A DNA stretch of 63,914 bases, the filler included, from Platydemus manokwari (Eukaryota), in assembly GCA_037951405.1 (NCBI GenBank). It is 6 parts of 6 records of this genome, joined end to end, with 100 filler letters (N's around TTAATTAATTAA, not from the genome) between each part and the next. Parts side by side here need not be neighbours in the genome. Positions count along the whole stretch, not along the records: positions 33,450 to 45,010 come from JBBMOY010597771.1; positions 45,111 to 54,960 come from JBBMOY011197210.1; 4 more parts are not named here. The stretch is one strand, 5' to 3'. Shown in pieces: positions 39,361 through 52,300 of this stretch. The first letter of the stretch is position 1, and every line of letters begins with the position of its first letter. The notes under the pieces were generated by a model. It did no database searches and was not told the origin of the DNA. It saw nothing but the letters and a program-made list of their open reading frames with translations. Position numbers and translations under genes: made by a program.

Positions 39361-41119
39361 CTGTGGATTTATTGGAAATAGATATTCATTTTTATTTCTC
39401 GTATTTCTACTGTATGATTTATTTTAAGATAATATTTTAAATTGGTCCGGGATTAATATTTGACAATTTAAGGAATTATATTTAACAATTTTAACTTTAA
39501 TTGACAAACTGAAACTGAAATATTTTCTCCTCATTTGACCCCTTACGTCAAATAATTATTACAACTTTTCATGCAATAAGATAATATATTGCATAATTAA
39601 ATTTTTTACATTTTTTCTACGATATTATATAAGCATTTCGTTTTTTCATTTTTCGTAATAAAATAATTACTTTACCAATTATATTTAATATGTTATGGTT
39701 ATGCGTTGCTGTGGTTCGCGAAGGGTTTCGATAGCAAATATTGAAGACTGAAATGTTGGCAAAAATTATCTAAAGGTTTTTAATTATGAATTTAGTGATA
39801 TGGTCAAAGATTGAATTCGGCGAATTGTGATTCATCTAAATAGAATAGAATCGTCGAAGAACTAGACAAGACAATAATTATTTATAAATTTTCATTTTTG
39901 AAACGAAAATATAAATTGATTGACCACTAAACGATAATACAAAAATTTAATTATTTAATGTTAAATCGATAATGGCACAGTTTTGATAGTTGTCAGATTA
40001 AAATTTCACTGTTGTTCCGGTAAGATACTTTGAGAAGTTGTAGATTTTTGAGGATTTGCAAGATCATTAATTTATTCGAGGTTTATATTTACACTGGGCT
40101 ATTTGTACTGGGTTGGTACTCCAACAATAATATACTCTCATACATTATAAAAATAATCAATGCATATGCCTTGAGTGGTTAAATAATTAAATAATATTAG
40201 GCCTAAGAAAGTACACTTCTTCAAAAGGTGATTCTTTTAAGTTTTTATTATTATTAAGTGGTAGACTGTGCGTATATTTATCTCCCATTAATTTTCGGAT
40301 CTTTTGACAAATTGCGTTTACCCACTTTGATTTTGCTTTACTTTGGGGATTTTCTTAATATCTAGACAGGATCTCCAGCTCTTCTTACATGTCTTTACTT
40401 ATTTTAACTTCAATCTTTAGAAGATCAGTTACTTTTCTTTCAATTGTTTCTTTCGGAAGGTTTCATTTGCTTCCTCAAACTTCCTTGTCTTTCATTCTTC
40501 TCATCATTTTAGATTTTCTGGTAGCTTATTTGTTCTCAACTTTTAGGCAGATCTTCTATTTGAGCCAACTTTCATAAGATTTATTTTTCACAAATGTACC
40601 AGTAGCTGTCATTACTCTCAGCACGTTTTACATTTTAAAAATGCCCTGACTTGAATAGATCAACAATACTTGTTTAAGGTGCACTATTTATGAAATGGTG
40701 AAAATAAAAAATTGTAGTTATTAAGTAGTAGTAATTATAAGATTTTAAAATGGGCAATAACTGTGATGATAATGTGATTAGCGGGATTTATTAATCACAG
40801 TAAGTATTTTATTTCTACCAACTCAGTTCATATTAAATCAAATCATATTAAAATAAAAGAAAATAAAATAATAAAGGAAATAAATTCATTTTGAACTCTT
40901 TGATCTTAAGTCGTACCGATACAAATGATAAAATATATACATTAAAGATCCAAGTAATCAAACTTTTAGAAATGGACACGCAGACTTTCAACGTCTTAAG
41001 AACATATAGCTACCAATGAAATTGTACATTTATCAGACTAAAGTACACTTTAGATTAAAATATAAGTAAGTTGTGAGCACGTAGTTCATGAAATTATTTA
41101 TTTTAAGATATTTATTAGA

Positions 41120-42240
41120 TGCAAAAATGTGGTCGGCACGACACCTCGGGAATATTCCCTCCTATTGACTTAATTATTGTATTCTTATTTAATGAATTGA
41201 TTCCTTCGGTGACGGCCATGGATAGACACAGCCTCAAACAAATTGGAATGACGAGACAGTGACGTTTTGACATTGGATCGATATGTTAGCTCTCAGGCCC
41301 AAATTATCTGAAGACGGTTCTTGGCTTCTTTATTTGGATATGCTTCCAGTTATTAGTTGGTTCTTTTATTAGAAAGATTGTTTTAGCGAGAAGTTTGTTG
41401 TTGGAATGTGTTTGGAAAACAGTTATGACCATGTTTGATTGATAATTATTTAGTATTCCTGTTAGGCTAATGAAGACCAGAGGAATGGTGGTGATTATGA
41501 TGATTCAGTTGATGACATATAGTTGATGAGCATACTATAGGCGTCTCACAAGAGACCTAAAATTAAGAGAGAGGACATGAAGCTATTATATTTCTTATTA
41601 AAACCCAAATGATAGACAACTTTTAAGTTGCGGAACTTCCAGGTTCCAAATACCCCAATGCTCTTAACGCCTAGTAGTACCTAGCGCTTGGAGACCTTAC
41701 ATATTTCTGTTGTTAAGAGGGTGCATATTTTGAAGTTTAAGCCCCCACTGGTTAGAAATGTTTTTGTCAAAGATGAAGGTTTTTTGCCGTTTTGCTTTTT
41801 TCTTAATGGTAAATTCATATTGGATAATTGTGGCAAATTTGAAGGCAGAGCAGCCAATGTCAGCATTGTGATCGAGGGAGCGAATACATTGATTGAAGGA
41901 TTAGACTGTGATGTTTTGTAGCTTTACCAACAATTGTATGGCAGACATTGGTAACAGTTTCCACTTCTATAGTATATCAGCGACAGAGTTGTGATTTTCC
42001 TATCTTTGCAAAGTATGAAGAATAGATAAGCAGAAAAAGGCTATTTCTTATTGTGCCACTGAAGATCCAATCTTTAGATGGCAATGGATAGTTTTTCCTT
42101 TAACTCCTGAGTCATTGTGAATAGAGACAAGCAGTGGATAGATATCTGATTTGTCTTTGTAGTTCTGACAAATCATCAATTCAGAGTATTTGGACGGATA
42201 CGCTTAAAAATCATTATTTGACACGTTGGCCTGTTTTTCA
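41120..42240 (-). mobile_element. Older RLE-type non-LTR retrotransposon fragment
   Basis: The minus strand gives a degenerate knuckle LCR*YTIEVETVTNVC, then HHSLIL, then SIGVFGTWKFRNLKVVYHLGFNK...LILGLL*DAY. This parallels the C-terminal motifs of the 16 kb element. Boundaries are approximate. Confidence 0.6.
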
Positions 42241-42551
42241 GACCGTTAAAATTTACTTTTAGAGCTCTATTACTTGATTAGAAAGAAGCAGATATTTGTA
42301 CTTGTGATTTACAAATAATAATTGTTCGACCTGATTAGAGAATCAAAAATTGTCACCATTTTTTATTTGCTGTTGATATTTCAGCTAGATTATTTTAAAA
42401 AAGGTGTTCGCAACAAATTTTATCGATTGGAAATCTGCTAATTGATTATCTCAATGATTTATCATTTTATTTTACCAACGGATCTAAACCGCAATACAAA
42501 TATATCAAGACAAATATCGTTAAATGATTTTGAATTTTTCAGAAAATATAT

Positions 42552-42661
42552 TCAAGGAGCCAGTGTTGGATCTTCAATGGGAGCTATTTTGTTCAGCTCT
42601 TTAGTCAGGATTGATTGGAGCCGTGGCTGTTCTGGTCCTGTTCCCTGACTTGTTTTTGACG
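42552..42661 (-). other. Candidate isolated terminal exon
   Basis: GC-richer island after the acceptor TTATATACAG, reading SKTSQGTGPEQPRLQSILTKELNKIAPIEDPTLAP*. No upstream exons established. Confidence 0.25.
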
Positions 42662-44781
42662 CTGTATATAATTTCTAAATTTAGAGTGCGAAATTTATAA
42701 AGATTATAATTATTCTCTATTTGGCATGTAGTAAAATAGAATAGTAAATTGATTTTCCATTTATTTCGAATACGTACTGTTGTATTTAATGCAATAATCA
42801 TACTTCATAAATAATTATCTGCTAATCAAAATTTTGAGAGAAAAGAATAAAATTCCATCAAATATATTATTGACAATTTATTAGTAGAATAAATTATTTA
42901 ATTTTATTTCATTCTGCTCCGATTAATTTTAGTATTTCTCGAAAAAGAAAAAAAGGCAGAATCATTGAAATTACTTTATCGAATTGAAAAGTGTTCTCAT
43001 TCGAAAATCTTATTTTGAACTCTAATATCATTTATTGATTGCCGATATTGTTGATTAAAGTTGCCCATAAGAGAATTTAACTCGAACGAACCAGAATATT
43101 GGAAGTGAAATTTTGAGAAGAAATTAAATTTAGAATTAAAAATATTCAATATATTAAGAATTAATTTTTCGGAACATGGCTATTACCAAATATTTTATAT
43201 CGGCGGTTGAGCTATTTTAAGAGGGTGTTTTTTACAGGAAATGCTTACAATTTCAGAGTCAAGATAGGCCCGATTGAAATGACAGAAAGAAAAATTTAAA
43301 GAATATCGTTAAATTTCAAAATCATAACCTGATTAAGAAAAACGATTCCGTAACCTTGGTGACGAATTTTTATACAAAATATTATTAAATTATCTGATTG
43401 ATGATTAAGCTTTCGAAATTAAAATCCATTATGGTATTCCGATATCGGAAACGAAGCGTGCATTCAGATTCCAAGTCGAAATCGATATATATATATTCAT
43501 CGAATTATTTTTACCTTTAATCAAATTTTATTTTTTCTACAATGTAATTCGATCGGTACATTCGATCAATTCGATAAACATATATTTTTACATATTAAAA
43601 TATATATTATCCAATTATTTGATTCTCTCTCTTTATAATAATCCCATGACGATTTTCGTTGAAATCGTTCATCAAAGTGAAAAACCATTTTTAAAACAAA
43701 ACCAACAAATAATTCAATAATAAAACTAAATTCATCAATAGTTTCCTCAAATACATCTGGAAAACGTCTAAAATTAATTGAAATTCAATATCCAATGGCT
43801 AGTAGAGTTAATTTGGTTTTCTTGATATCATCTTCTGGCTGACTGAATCTGTGGAGATGGGTAGAAATAGCCGAGTAAAGATCGGCCGGTGTCAGCAGTG
43901 AGTAGGTTCCTCCAACCGTCGATTTATCTCTCACCGAATCCACTGCTGGTAAGATAAGACAGGTTAATAATCAAAATTGATAGCCTACTTATGATTCTCT
44001 AAGGTGCTTTTAAATAATTAAGCTAATCATTCAAGGTGACCGTTGGTTTGTTTAAATGCGTGTGTCATTAAGTTAATGTCAGAGTATCATTGTATTTTGG
44101 AGACTTGGTTTAATGACTTGTTTGCATCGGTTTTGTAATTAATCTTTTTAGCAAACTGTTGGACAAGTTTATCGCGTGCATTCTCCAGCCAATTTCCTTT
44201 TAGTTTTTGATTTAATGGCGAAAAAATCTACAAGAATATTGCATATATTTACGATAATTGCAAGCGTGTTTACACTCATATTTTCTATGAGTTTAAGTAC
44301 AATGTATTGAAATTGATTTTTTATTATTTTATATTACTTATTAATTCCGATAAATAGTAGTAGTTTTATAAGTTTTCAATTTTAGTTATGTTGAAATAAA
44401 TTAAATCACCAGCAAGAATGTATTTTTATCTCATAATATTAGAAGTCAAATTCTACAGTATTTAGAAATACTATATTTGGGTTTGGAAATTAAAGGAATA
44501 CCATTTCAGTTCTCATTTCATGTAATATAATATATTATGATTATAAACGATTATTTAATCATCTACACGCGGTGAACGTTATTTATTGGATATTTAAGTA
44601 GTTTTGATAATTCACGTTATTCCATAAAACCAAATTGAAAATTCGTCTAAGTGCTAAATCCATACATTGATTGGATGTTCCAAAAGTCATTTTGAACTTA
44701 ACTAATAAAAAATTACAGATCTTACACTTTACGGGTCATTTTCTATGAGTGAATATGGGTTTGTTATTATTTAATAGCAAA

Positions 44782-44935
44782 AATGATAATAATAATGATA
44801 ATAATAGTGATAGTAATAATAATACCAATAATAATGATAGTAACAACAATAGTAATAATAAAAAAATAATGATAATAATAACAATAATAATAATGATAAT
44901 AATAATAATGATAATAATAATGATCATAATAATGA
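44782..44935. repeat. Imperfect (AAT)n microsatellite
   Basis: AAT/GAT/AAC triplet run that explains the poly-I/L and poly-N ORFs in the track. Confidence 0.9.
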
Positions 44936-45141
44936 AAATAAATGGATGGGGAAAAAATAACATTACAAAATAAAAATTATAATAAGTAATGAAGTAAGCA
45001 TAATGAAATTNNNNNNNNNNNNNNNNNNNNNNNNNNNNNNNNNNNNNNNNNNNNTTAATTAATTAANNNNNNNNNNNNNNNNNNNNNNNNNNNNNNNNNN
45101 NNNNNNNNNNATTTTGTGAAGAACCTCATGGAAACGTCAGT

Positions 45142-48100
45142 TTAAATGTGCACATATCTCAGATATTCTTTTCCCGATGGTAAGGCACATAGTTCAACAT
45201 TTGCATTTAATTTAGCTTTTGCATCTTGTGTCGACATAGTTGGAGGAACAATTACAGCATCTCCAACCTGGATATTTTTATTTTAAATATTATTATCATT
45301 ATTATACTTATTAAATTAATCTGCTTACATTCCAATCTGCTGGAGTAACAACCCCTATCTTTGAGGTTAGTTGTAGAGAATCAATAACGCGTAAAATTTC
45401 ACTGAAAAAACATTTTAAATAAAAATTGATTAAAACTTAATTAAAATTTAATAAAAAGATTTAAATAAATAATTTTAATAATTTAATCATAATTTAAAAA
45501 ATTTAAAAAAACATTTTAAAATTTTATTAAATTATTAAAAAATTTAACATGAAGTAATTTTAAATAATTTGAATATAAAAACCTGATTAAGATTATCAAT
45601 AAAGGCTCTCTAGAAATTTGTTCAAAAAATGCTTCATTTGTTATCATTAATAAATAAATTATGAAAATCGTATAAATAAATTTTTCCATTGAATCTTCAA
45701 TTTTAACCGAAGTAATTACTCCTAACATTTGTTATTGAGGAACCTTTATACATTATTTCGATTTCTTAAATTTCTATATAAAATTATTAATAAAGATATT
45801 ATATGTTTTCATTTATGACGTGAAACATTTTTCCTCATATTTGTTGTGAGAAAAATTTAAATGAACAAATGCAATCATTTAATAAAAATGTCATTTATAT
45901 ATGTGTGTACGTGTGTATGCCTGAATAAGAATAGCAATAAAATCTTTCTGGAAATTGTTTTTCTTCAATTTCAACCGAATGTGTTATTGGAAAACCATTC
46001 ATAGATTATTTCGATTTCTTAGTTTTCTATGTCAGAATAATTGTTTTCTTAAAATATTCAATCGTTGATACTATGCGATTCATAAGTCTAAGTCTCTAAA
46101 ACTAAAATTAAACAACATTAAGAACAAACTAAATGTATTGAGTTACTTTAATGCACAACAAAATACAATAACGGCAAGAACAAATAACGGGAAATAGTAA
46201 GCTATTTCATAACAACTATTCAAAATGTTCATCACCTTGCTCCAAACAAAGATTACATCGTTTTCTGAAGCTTGAAAAACATTTACGGACGATTTCAGTG
46301 ATGTTTATTAATTCATGTGAAATTACTTTTTCAAGTTCGTTGAGCGTTGCATAATTGTTATGGATTACATAAACTTAATCTTTGATATAGCTCCATAGCC
46401 AAAAGTCCTATATCGTGAGGTCTGGAGATCTTAGTGGCCATTTCTTTGGTACTTATTCCACCATATTGTAATAATGCAACCGATTAATAAGAAATTAGAA
46501 ATAAAGTACATTAATCGGTGAATAATAATTAATATCAATAAGTATAAATATGTGAGCATAAATTATATTGTGTTTTATTATTTTATTTTAGTTTTAGAAA
46601 CTGAAACTTATGAATCGCTTGGTATATTCACTTTTAATAAAATATAAAAATATCAAATGATCCACACAACTGGTCATGATGTTCAAAATGAAATTCAAAA
46701 AAATATAAATAGATTTGATATTTTATTAATGTAAAACAAGATGCTTAAGGAAAATAATCCAAAAAATAATAACAGCAATGATATAAACATATCGATTCTA
46801 TCACATATCAATTAGAAAACATCTTTCATTGATCAAGTATAAGTTGTTTTAATAATACAATATTGATCATTCATGATAAATAATGATCTTTTATGAATTG
46901 TTAGCTAGACATGCAATGGCTAGACATTAGTCAACCATTGAAATATATATTGATAAAAAGAACAAGATCAATGTTTTTGTTTCAGTCGTACTTTTTAAAG
47001 ATATTTTTATCAAATATAAATTATAAGTTTAACAATATCAGACACAACACACCTTCGACATCGATAAACAAGTTATCCAATCATATCAGACTATTTATCA
47101 TTTATAAAACTCTTTCAGCTCTGTTTCAAACTCTATTTCAAGCTCTATTTAAATAAATATTCAAATTAACGAGCTTAAACAAATCATAAAATGCTGTATT
47201 ATTTTAGCCATTTAATAGTAATTAATGATAATATTTATATATTATAAATATTTTCATCAAATATTACAGCATATACAAATGTTTATTGACGGATTATTCA
47301 TAATAGATTACAAATTATTATAAAATTGATTTGTTCCGATATTTATTTCATGAATAAACATAAGAGAAATATTATGTTTTTGATTCGACAATAATAATAA
47401 TGATAATAATGTTTATTGATTAAAATAATATCTATTAATAATAAATAAATCAATAAATAAATTAATGAATTCGTTAATGTTATACTAATCAAAATATCAA
47501 TATTTTTTAAATAAAATTATATAATTCTATCTCTATGTAAAATATTATTTCATTTATTTATTATAACGAGTTTGTTGCTATGGTTTTCAATATTAATTGA
47601 TAAAAATGGTTTCCATTAATTGAATGAATATAATTAATAATAGATTCTTTATATTTATCAACAATTATCAATACGGTAAAAATAATAATCAATAAGTTAA
47701 ATAAAATTAATTAAAATAAATAAAATTAATTAATTAATAATAAATTGCGAAACATACTGATACAGTAAACAATAAAATATCGATGTAAAATGAGATTAGA
47801 ATACAATGATGAAATGGTGCCAGCTCATGCTTATAAATCAATGACAATGGAAATGATAGAAACAAAAGAGGGTATATTTTTAGATAATTCTTCAAAATTC
47901 AATAAAGCTCAGCCATTTACTGGTATAAAGTCAAAATATTGATAAATTTAAGCAAACAAATTATTATTACTCGAAATTCCGTCCAGAACTAGCTGGGTAA
48001 AGCATTCCTGCTCGAACAATTTTTTTTGGATCAAGAAAATAAACTGCTCTTGCGGGTAAAGGCAAACCAGAAGCTGTTCTGGCTGCTGGATCGAGCATAC

Positions 48101-50241
48101 CAAGATCTGTTACTAATTTCCTGTCTGTGTCAGCAACGATTGGAAATGGAAATTCTCCTTCTCCTGATCCAGCAACGTGTTGAATATCCTGATTCAATGA
48201 AATTGATAAAATCTAATATTACCTCTCAACATATATCATTACATCAATCATTATATATAATCCGATCGAATTGTTTTTAATATTTTTAACTTTATAAATA
48301 AAATCAAAATCACTTTGGCCCATGAATTATGATTGGCCACACTATCACAAGATATGCCGATAATTTTTACATCTCTCTTCTTGAGTTCGGGAATTATTTT
48401 TATAGTTCGAGCTAATTCTGTCGTACAAACTGGTGTAAAATCAGCAGGATGAGTAAATAGAATACCCCAACTAAAATGAAATCTTTATCAATCTCAAAAA
48501 TATGAAATATGAATAGAAATGATAACTAATAGCAACACGATAATCAAATGAATAAATTAATACAAATATTTGTCAACAATTTTGTTTATAATTGTGGCAT
48601 GTAATGGACAAATAGGATAAATATTTTTGTTTTGTTAATTTGTGTTGAAATGGATTCAATATAATAAATATTCAAATATTATTGTTAATATATTAAATAT
48701 TTCCATGTTTTAATGAATTGATCAATATTTGATATTAATTTATATTTATCGCTATAAACATCAACCTTTTCACATCTATATATCAAAAGCTCATTCGAAA
48801 TAATCTTATGTAGATTGAGCATTAATATGTGTTTCCCATGTTATTATTTATTATATTTTATATCAAAATTATTTCAAATCTTAATTCTTGATTTTTTAAT
48901 CAAAGAGCTTTTCATTATACAATATCAGAATCATTCACCATTTCCATCAAATTATATCTAAACTAATGATTGATGAAAATTAATAACTGAAACCAATAAA
49001 TTATTATCATTATTGACATTATTGTTATTACTATATTTGACATTATTATATTGTTATTTTCGTCATTGAAATCCAATACCTCTATCCACCATAAAATTCT
49101 ACTTGAAATAAATTTATAATGAATGATAGGTCAAAAATGATTAAATATGATTTTTGGAGTTGAAATAAAAGATGTATAAAGGTATGACTTGACCACAGAA
49201 CACTGGCTGAGCTACTCCATTATTTACCCCCAACCTTCATTTAATGACCAAACTCAATAAAAATATCTCATATCGATAATATCAATTATTTTTTAAGTTT
49301 ATAATCATTTTAATATTCTTGATTTTTCTTAAATAAAATTATAAATAAATAATGCTTGGATTTTCTGCCAATCATAACACTCGTACAAACCATCACTTAA
49401 CCCCATTAAAATACAACCAATTAAACTGTATCGATAAATGTATTTTTGATAGGACATTATCATTTGATAAGAATCGAGTCTTCTCAACAAACTAAAATTT
49501 CATTCAGTTTTATCCTCACGTATTTGCCAAAAATCGTTACAAATTACTAATTTTCCCTACTAAATAAATGTGGATTAAATATTTCTTGAATTTGAGATCA
49601 AAGAATCTGGAGTTGTATAAATATTGCTGAAACTCAAGCTTATACGACTCGTTAAATCTAGCCAATCAATATTATGAAATATTCAATGAACATAAATAAA
49701 TCTTTAAACTTTTTGGTAAACATAATCTCAAATTATTTCAAAACCGTAACAATTACAAAAGGTTTACAATAATAAAACATCATTGTTTAGAAAGGCAATA
49801 TACAATCATAACAATAGAGTAGACTTGAGCTTATAATATTTGCAAAGGGATATCTCAATTTGTTTTATTTCGAAAATGATAGATTTTTAAACATTAAATC
49901 GTTATTAATATTAATTTAAAACATATTACATAAGTTGCTAAATTATTCATTTTCATAATAAAAATTAACCAAAAAAATTAAAATAGAATATTTTCTGAAA
50001 CCAAGTTAATATTTTTTGATAATTTAAAATCAATTGAAAATTTTATTCAAACATGATTTATAATTATTTCATTTCAATAAATTGTGAAGCTTCTCGTGAC
50101 AAAAGAAGCAATGATGTATAATTAAAGTAAATTAATGAAAAAAATATAATAGAACCTTGATTCAAAATATTGAGGGATATTGATTTTACCATGTGTACTG
50201 TCTACTGTAAAAGACGGAAATTCGGAGCCTAACTTCAACAT
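45142..50241 (-). CDS. PRDX6: 1-Cys peroxiredoxin (peroxiredoxin-6), 219 aa; exons 50156-50241, 48314-48470, 47971-48188, 45329-45401, 45142-45267
   Basis: Phase-compatible splicing gives [20 protein letters not shown]...[20 protein letters not shown]...LGMLDP...[22 protein letters not shown]...TPADW...[13 protein letters not shown]. The PVCTTE active site is present. Confidence 0.96.
46210..46452 (-). mobile_element. Tc1/mariner-superfamily transposase C-terminal remnant inside PRDX6 intron 3
   Basis: The minus strand reads [23 protein letters not shown]...TLNELEKVI...[14 protein letters not shown], matching the WPPRSPDL...DFFLWG...GGHFE signature, with internal stops. Confidence 0.85.
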
Positions 50242-51731
50242 GGTTACAAATTGAAATTATGGCAATTTAAATTTATTTATGAGTTTAAACAAATTACAGG
50301 GTTATATCTGAATTTTTATTTAAACATTTTTAAACCGTAATCACCCCACAACCAGTTTCATTAAATACATAAAATTTAGTTTTATAATTACAAATACATT
50401 TTAGTTTTTAAATCCGAAAATCTAATAAATAATAGCTTATATTTAATTAAGAAATTGCTAATTGTTTAAATTTATTCCTAAGTAAATAAACTTAACAAAC
50501 AATAATGTCTGATGCATGCAGACAAAGCTAAAATTTATAACTTAATGACAATTTACTATTGATTCGTTTTTGAATTTCCTTGTAATTTTATTTAATTGCT
50601 GTGTGTTTTTGAAGAAACACTCGCGTCATTTCTAAATTTGTCTGAATATATAAATAATATAACAATGCAAACACTGAATAAGACATTATAAAGCATTAAT
50701 TTTATGTGTGTTATTTTATTAACCGAACACAATAACTAAAATTGTACTAAATATGTAATTTATTAACTGTATTTTTGTATTATAATTATATCATTAATCA
50801 AATATGATTGATCTAGTTGTTAAAGAATCTTTTAACATTGGAGATTAAATAATAAAGGAAAATCAAAAGCCATATCAAATCTTCTGAGTCAATCAATTAT
50901 GATTAGCATATTATAAAAAACAGTAATTTTTTTAAAAATCGTAGCAAAATCTAAGACGGTGCTGTTTGACCGAGATATCAAACAATGTTCAATATCTTAA
51001 GTTTAGCTTGTACTTCGATTGACATTAAATATTAATGTAATTACACCATCTTAAAATATAAATAGTAAAAAATTAAACCATACCTTTTACAGTCAAATAT
51101 AACTTCAATCTAAAATTAGATCAAATATTTTCCAGAAAATAAGAGGATCTAAATTTGTTTCATACAAGCCTGATAATTTTGTACAAAGCAATATTTTTCA
51201 CATTATGTTATCCGAAAAATATATTTAGAAAATCGATCTAAAAATACAATGAATTTTACTGGTTTATCTGAATACATACACACGTCCTATATTTGTCAGC
51301 ATTAACATTAATAATTATTTATTTTAGAAAACATTGTATTATTTGCCGCAAATTCTAAAAAGTAATGCAAAACGAATACAATTTGAAATAAAATGTCCAA
51401 AATATACATAAAACTCAATGTAAATTACCTATAAATTCAATTTAACCGTTAAGTATAAGGTAAACATGTAGATATAATTTTTCCGACGTTGAAAAAACAA
51501 GTTAATATAAAAAAATAACGCGAAATCTAACTATAAAACATAACACACAAATGAAATTAATTTTTTATGAATATATGAAGGGTAACGACAACACATGTTG
51601 TAGAAATGAAATAAAAATATTTTCGATAATTTACTTTTTAATTTACTAACAAAATTAAAACGATATTTTACAAATATTTCTGCTTTAATATACATATATA
51701 TATATATATATTTATTCATTTCATTTTATAT

Positions 51732-51885
51732 CAGGGATCCGAAAATCCCCACTAACAAAAATTATATGTTCGACTTATCCGATTAGGAGAAGCGCGGAGG
51801 TCAACTCCGTCGCCGTGCAATGACGAAGTCTCGCTCCGGGAGTACTGCCTGAGTGATCACAGTAACTCCAACACCAAGTAAGTTT
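51732..51885 (-). ncRNA. Variant U1 snRNA (~154 nt) with altered 5' end AAACUUACUUGG
   Basis: Complete U1 architecture: helix H GTGTT/AACAT, SL1 GGAGTTACTGT/GCAGTACTCC with loop GATCACTCAG, SL2 ACTTCGTC/GACGGAGT with U1A loop ATTGCACGGC, SL3, Sm site AATTTTTG and terminal hairpin GGGATT-TTCG-GATCCC. Confidence 0.88.
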
Positions 51886-52144
51886 GATGCATGCATTTAA
51901 ATAAATAGTTTATTTTGTAATATGTGGTTTGAAATAAATTTTTAATTACCATAAAAATAAAAGAATGTCTTATGAAATCGGATTTGTGGATGGTTTATTA
52001 CAAATTTTCAATGGATTCTTAAGATCAAATGCCGAAGAAAGTAAATCAAAGGCGGAAACATAATATCACGAATTTCATGTAAATTAACTAATTAATTTAG
52101 GGTGAGGAAATTTAATTACATCACGTAATTTTCTGATGCAATTC
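51886..52144. promoter_or_regulatory. 259-bp divergent promoter region of the two U1 genes
   Basis: Lies between two outward-facing snRNA 5' ends. Similar AT-rich motifs sit at about -68 (TCATGTAAATTAACTAATTAATTT) and -67 (TTATGGTAATTAAAAATTTATTTC), where a PSE is expected. Confidence 0.5.
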
Positions 52145-52300
52145 ATACTTACCTGGCGCGGATAAACCATGATCACCGAGGTGGTTTTTCCAAGATGAGA
52201 CTGTTTCATTGCACTACGAAATGGTTGACTCTTGCGACTGCTCCAAATAGGGGTGGCTCGAGCGCATAATTTTTGGTAGTGAGGACCATTTGGCTCCTCT
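52145..52300 (+). ncRNA. U1: U1 spliceosomal snRNA (canonical 5' end)
   Basis: ATACTTACCTGG 5' end, SL1 with loop GATCACCGAG, SL2 with loop ATTGCACTAC, SL3, Sm site AATTTTTG and terminal stem GAGGA/TCCTC. Confidence 0.96.

Noticed and set aside
43788-44227. Minus-strand frame with an internal TGA that could splice to a further exon (selenocysteine or readthrough idea)
   Set aside because: The donor is weak (G|GTCACC), no family or SECIS was recognised, and the unspliced frame looks like a decayed ORF with several stops.
44736-44973. Poly-I/L and poly-N ORFs
   Set aside because: Translation artefacts of the (AAT)n microsatellite.
51732-51885. Possibility that the minus-strand snRNA is U11, U2 or an SL RNA
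   Set aside because: It has the U1-specific GAUCAC and AUUGCAC loops and ACUUAC, and lacks the U11 5' sequence and the U2 branch-pairing motif.
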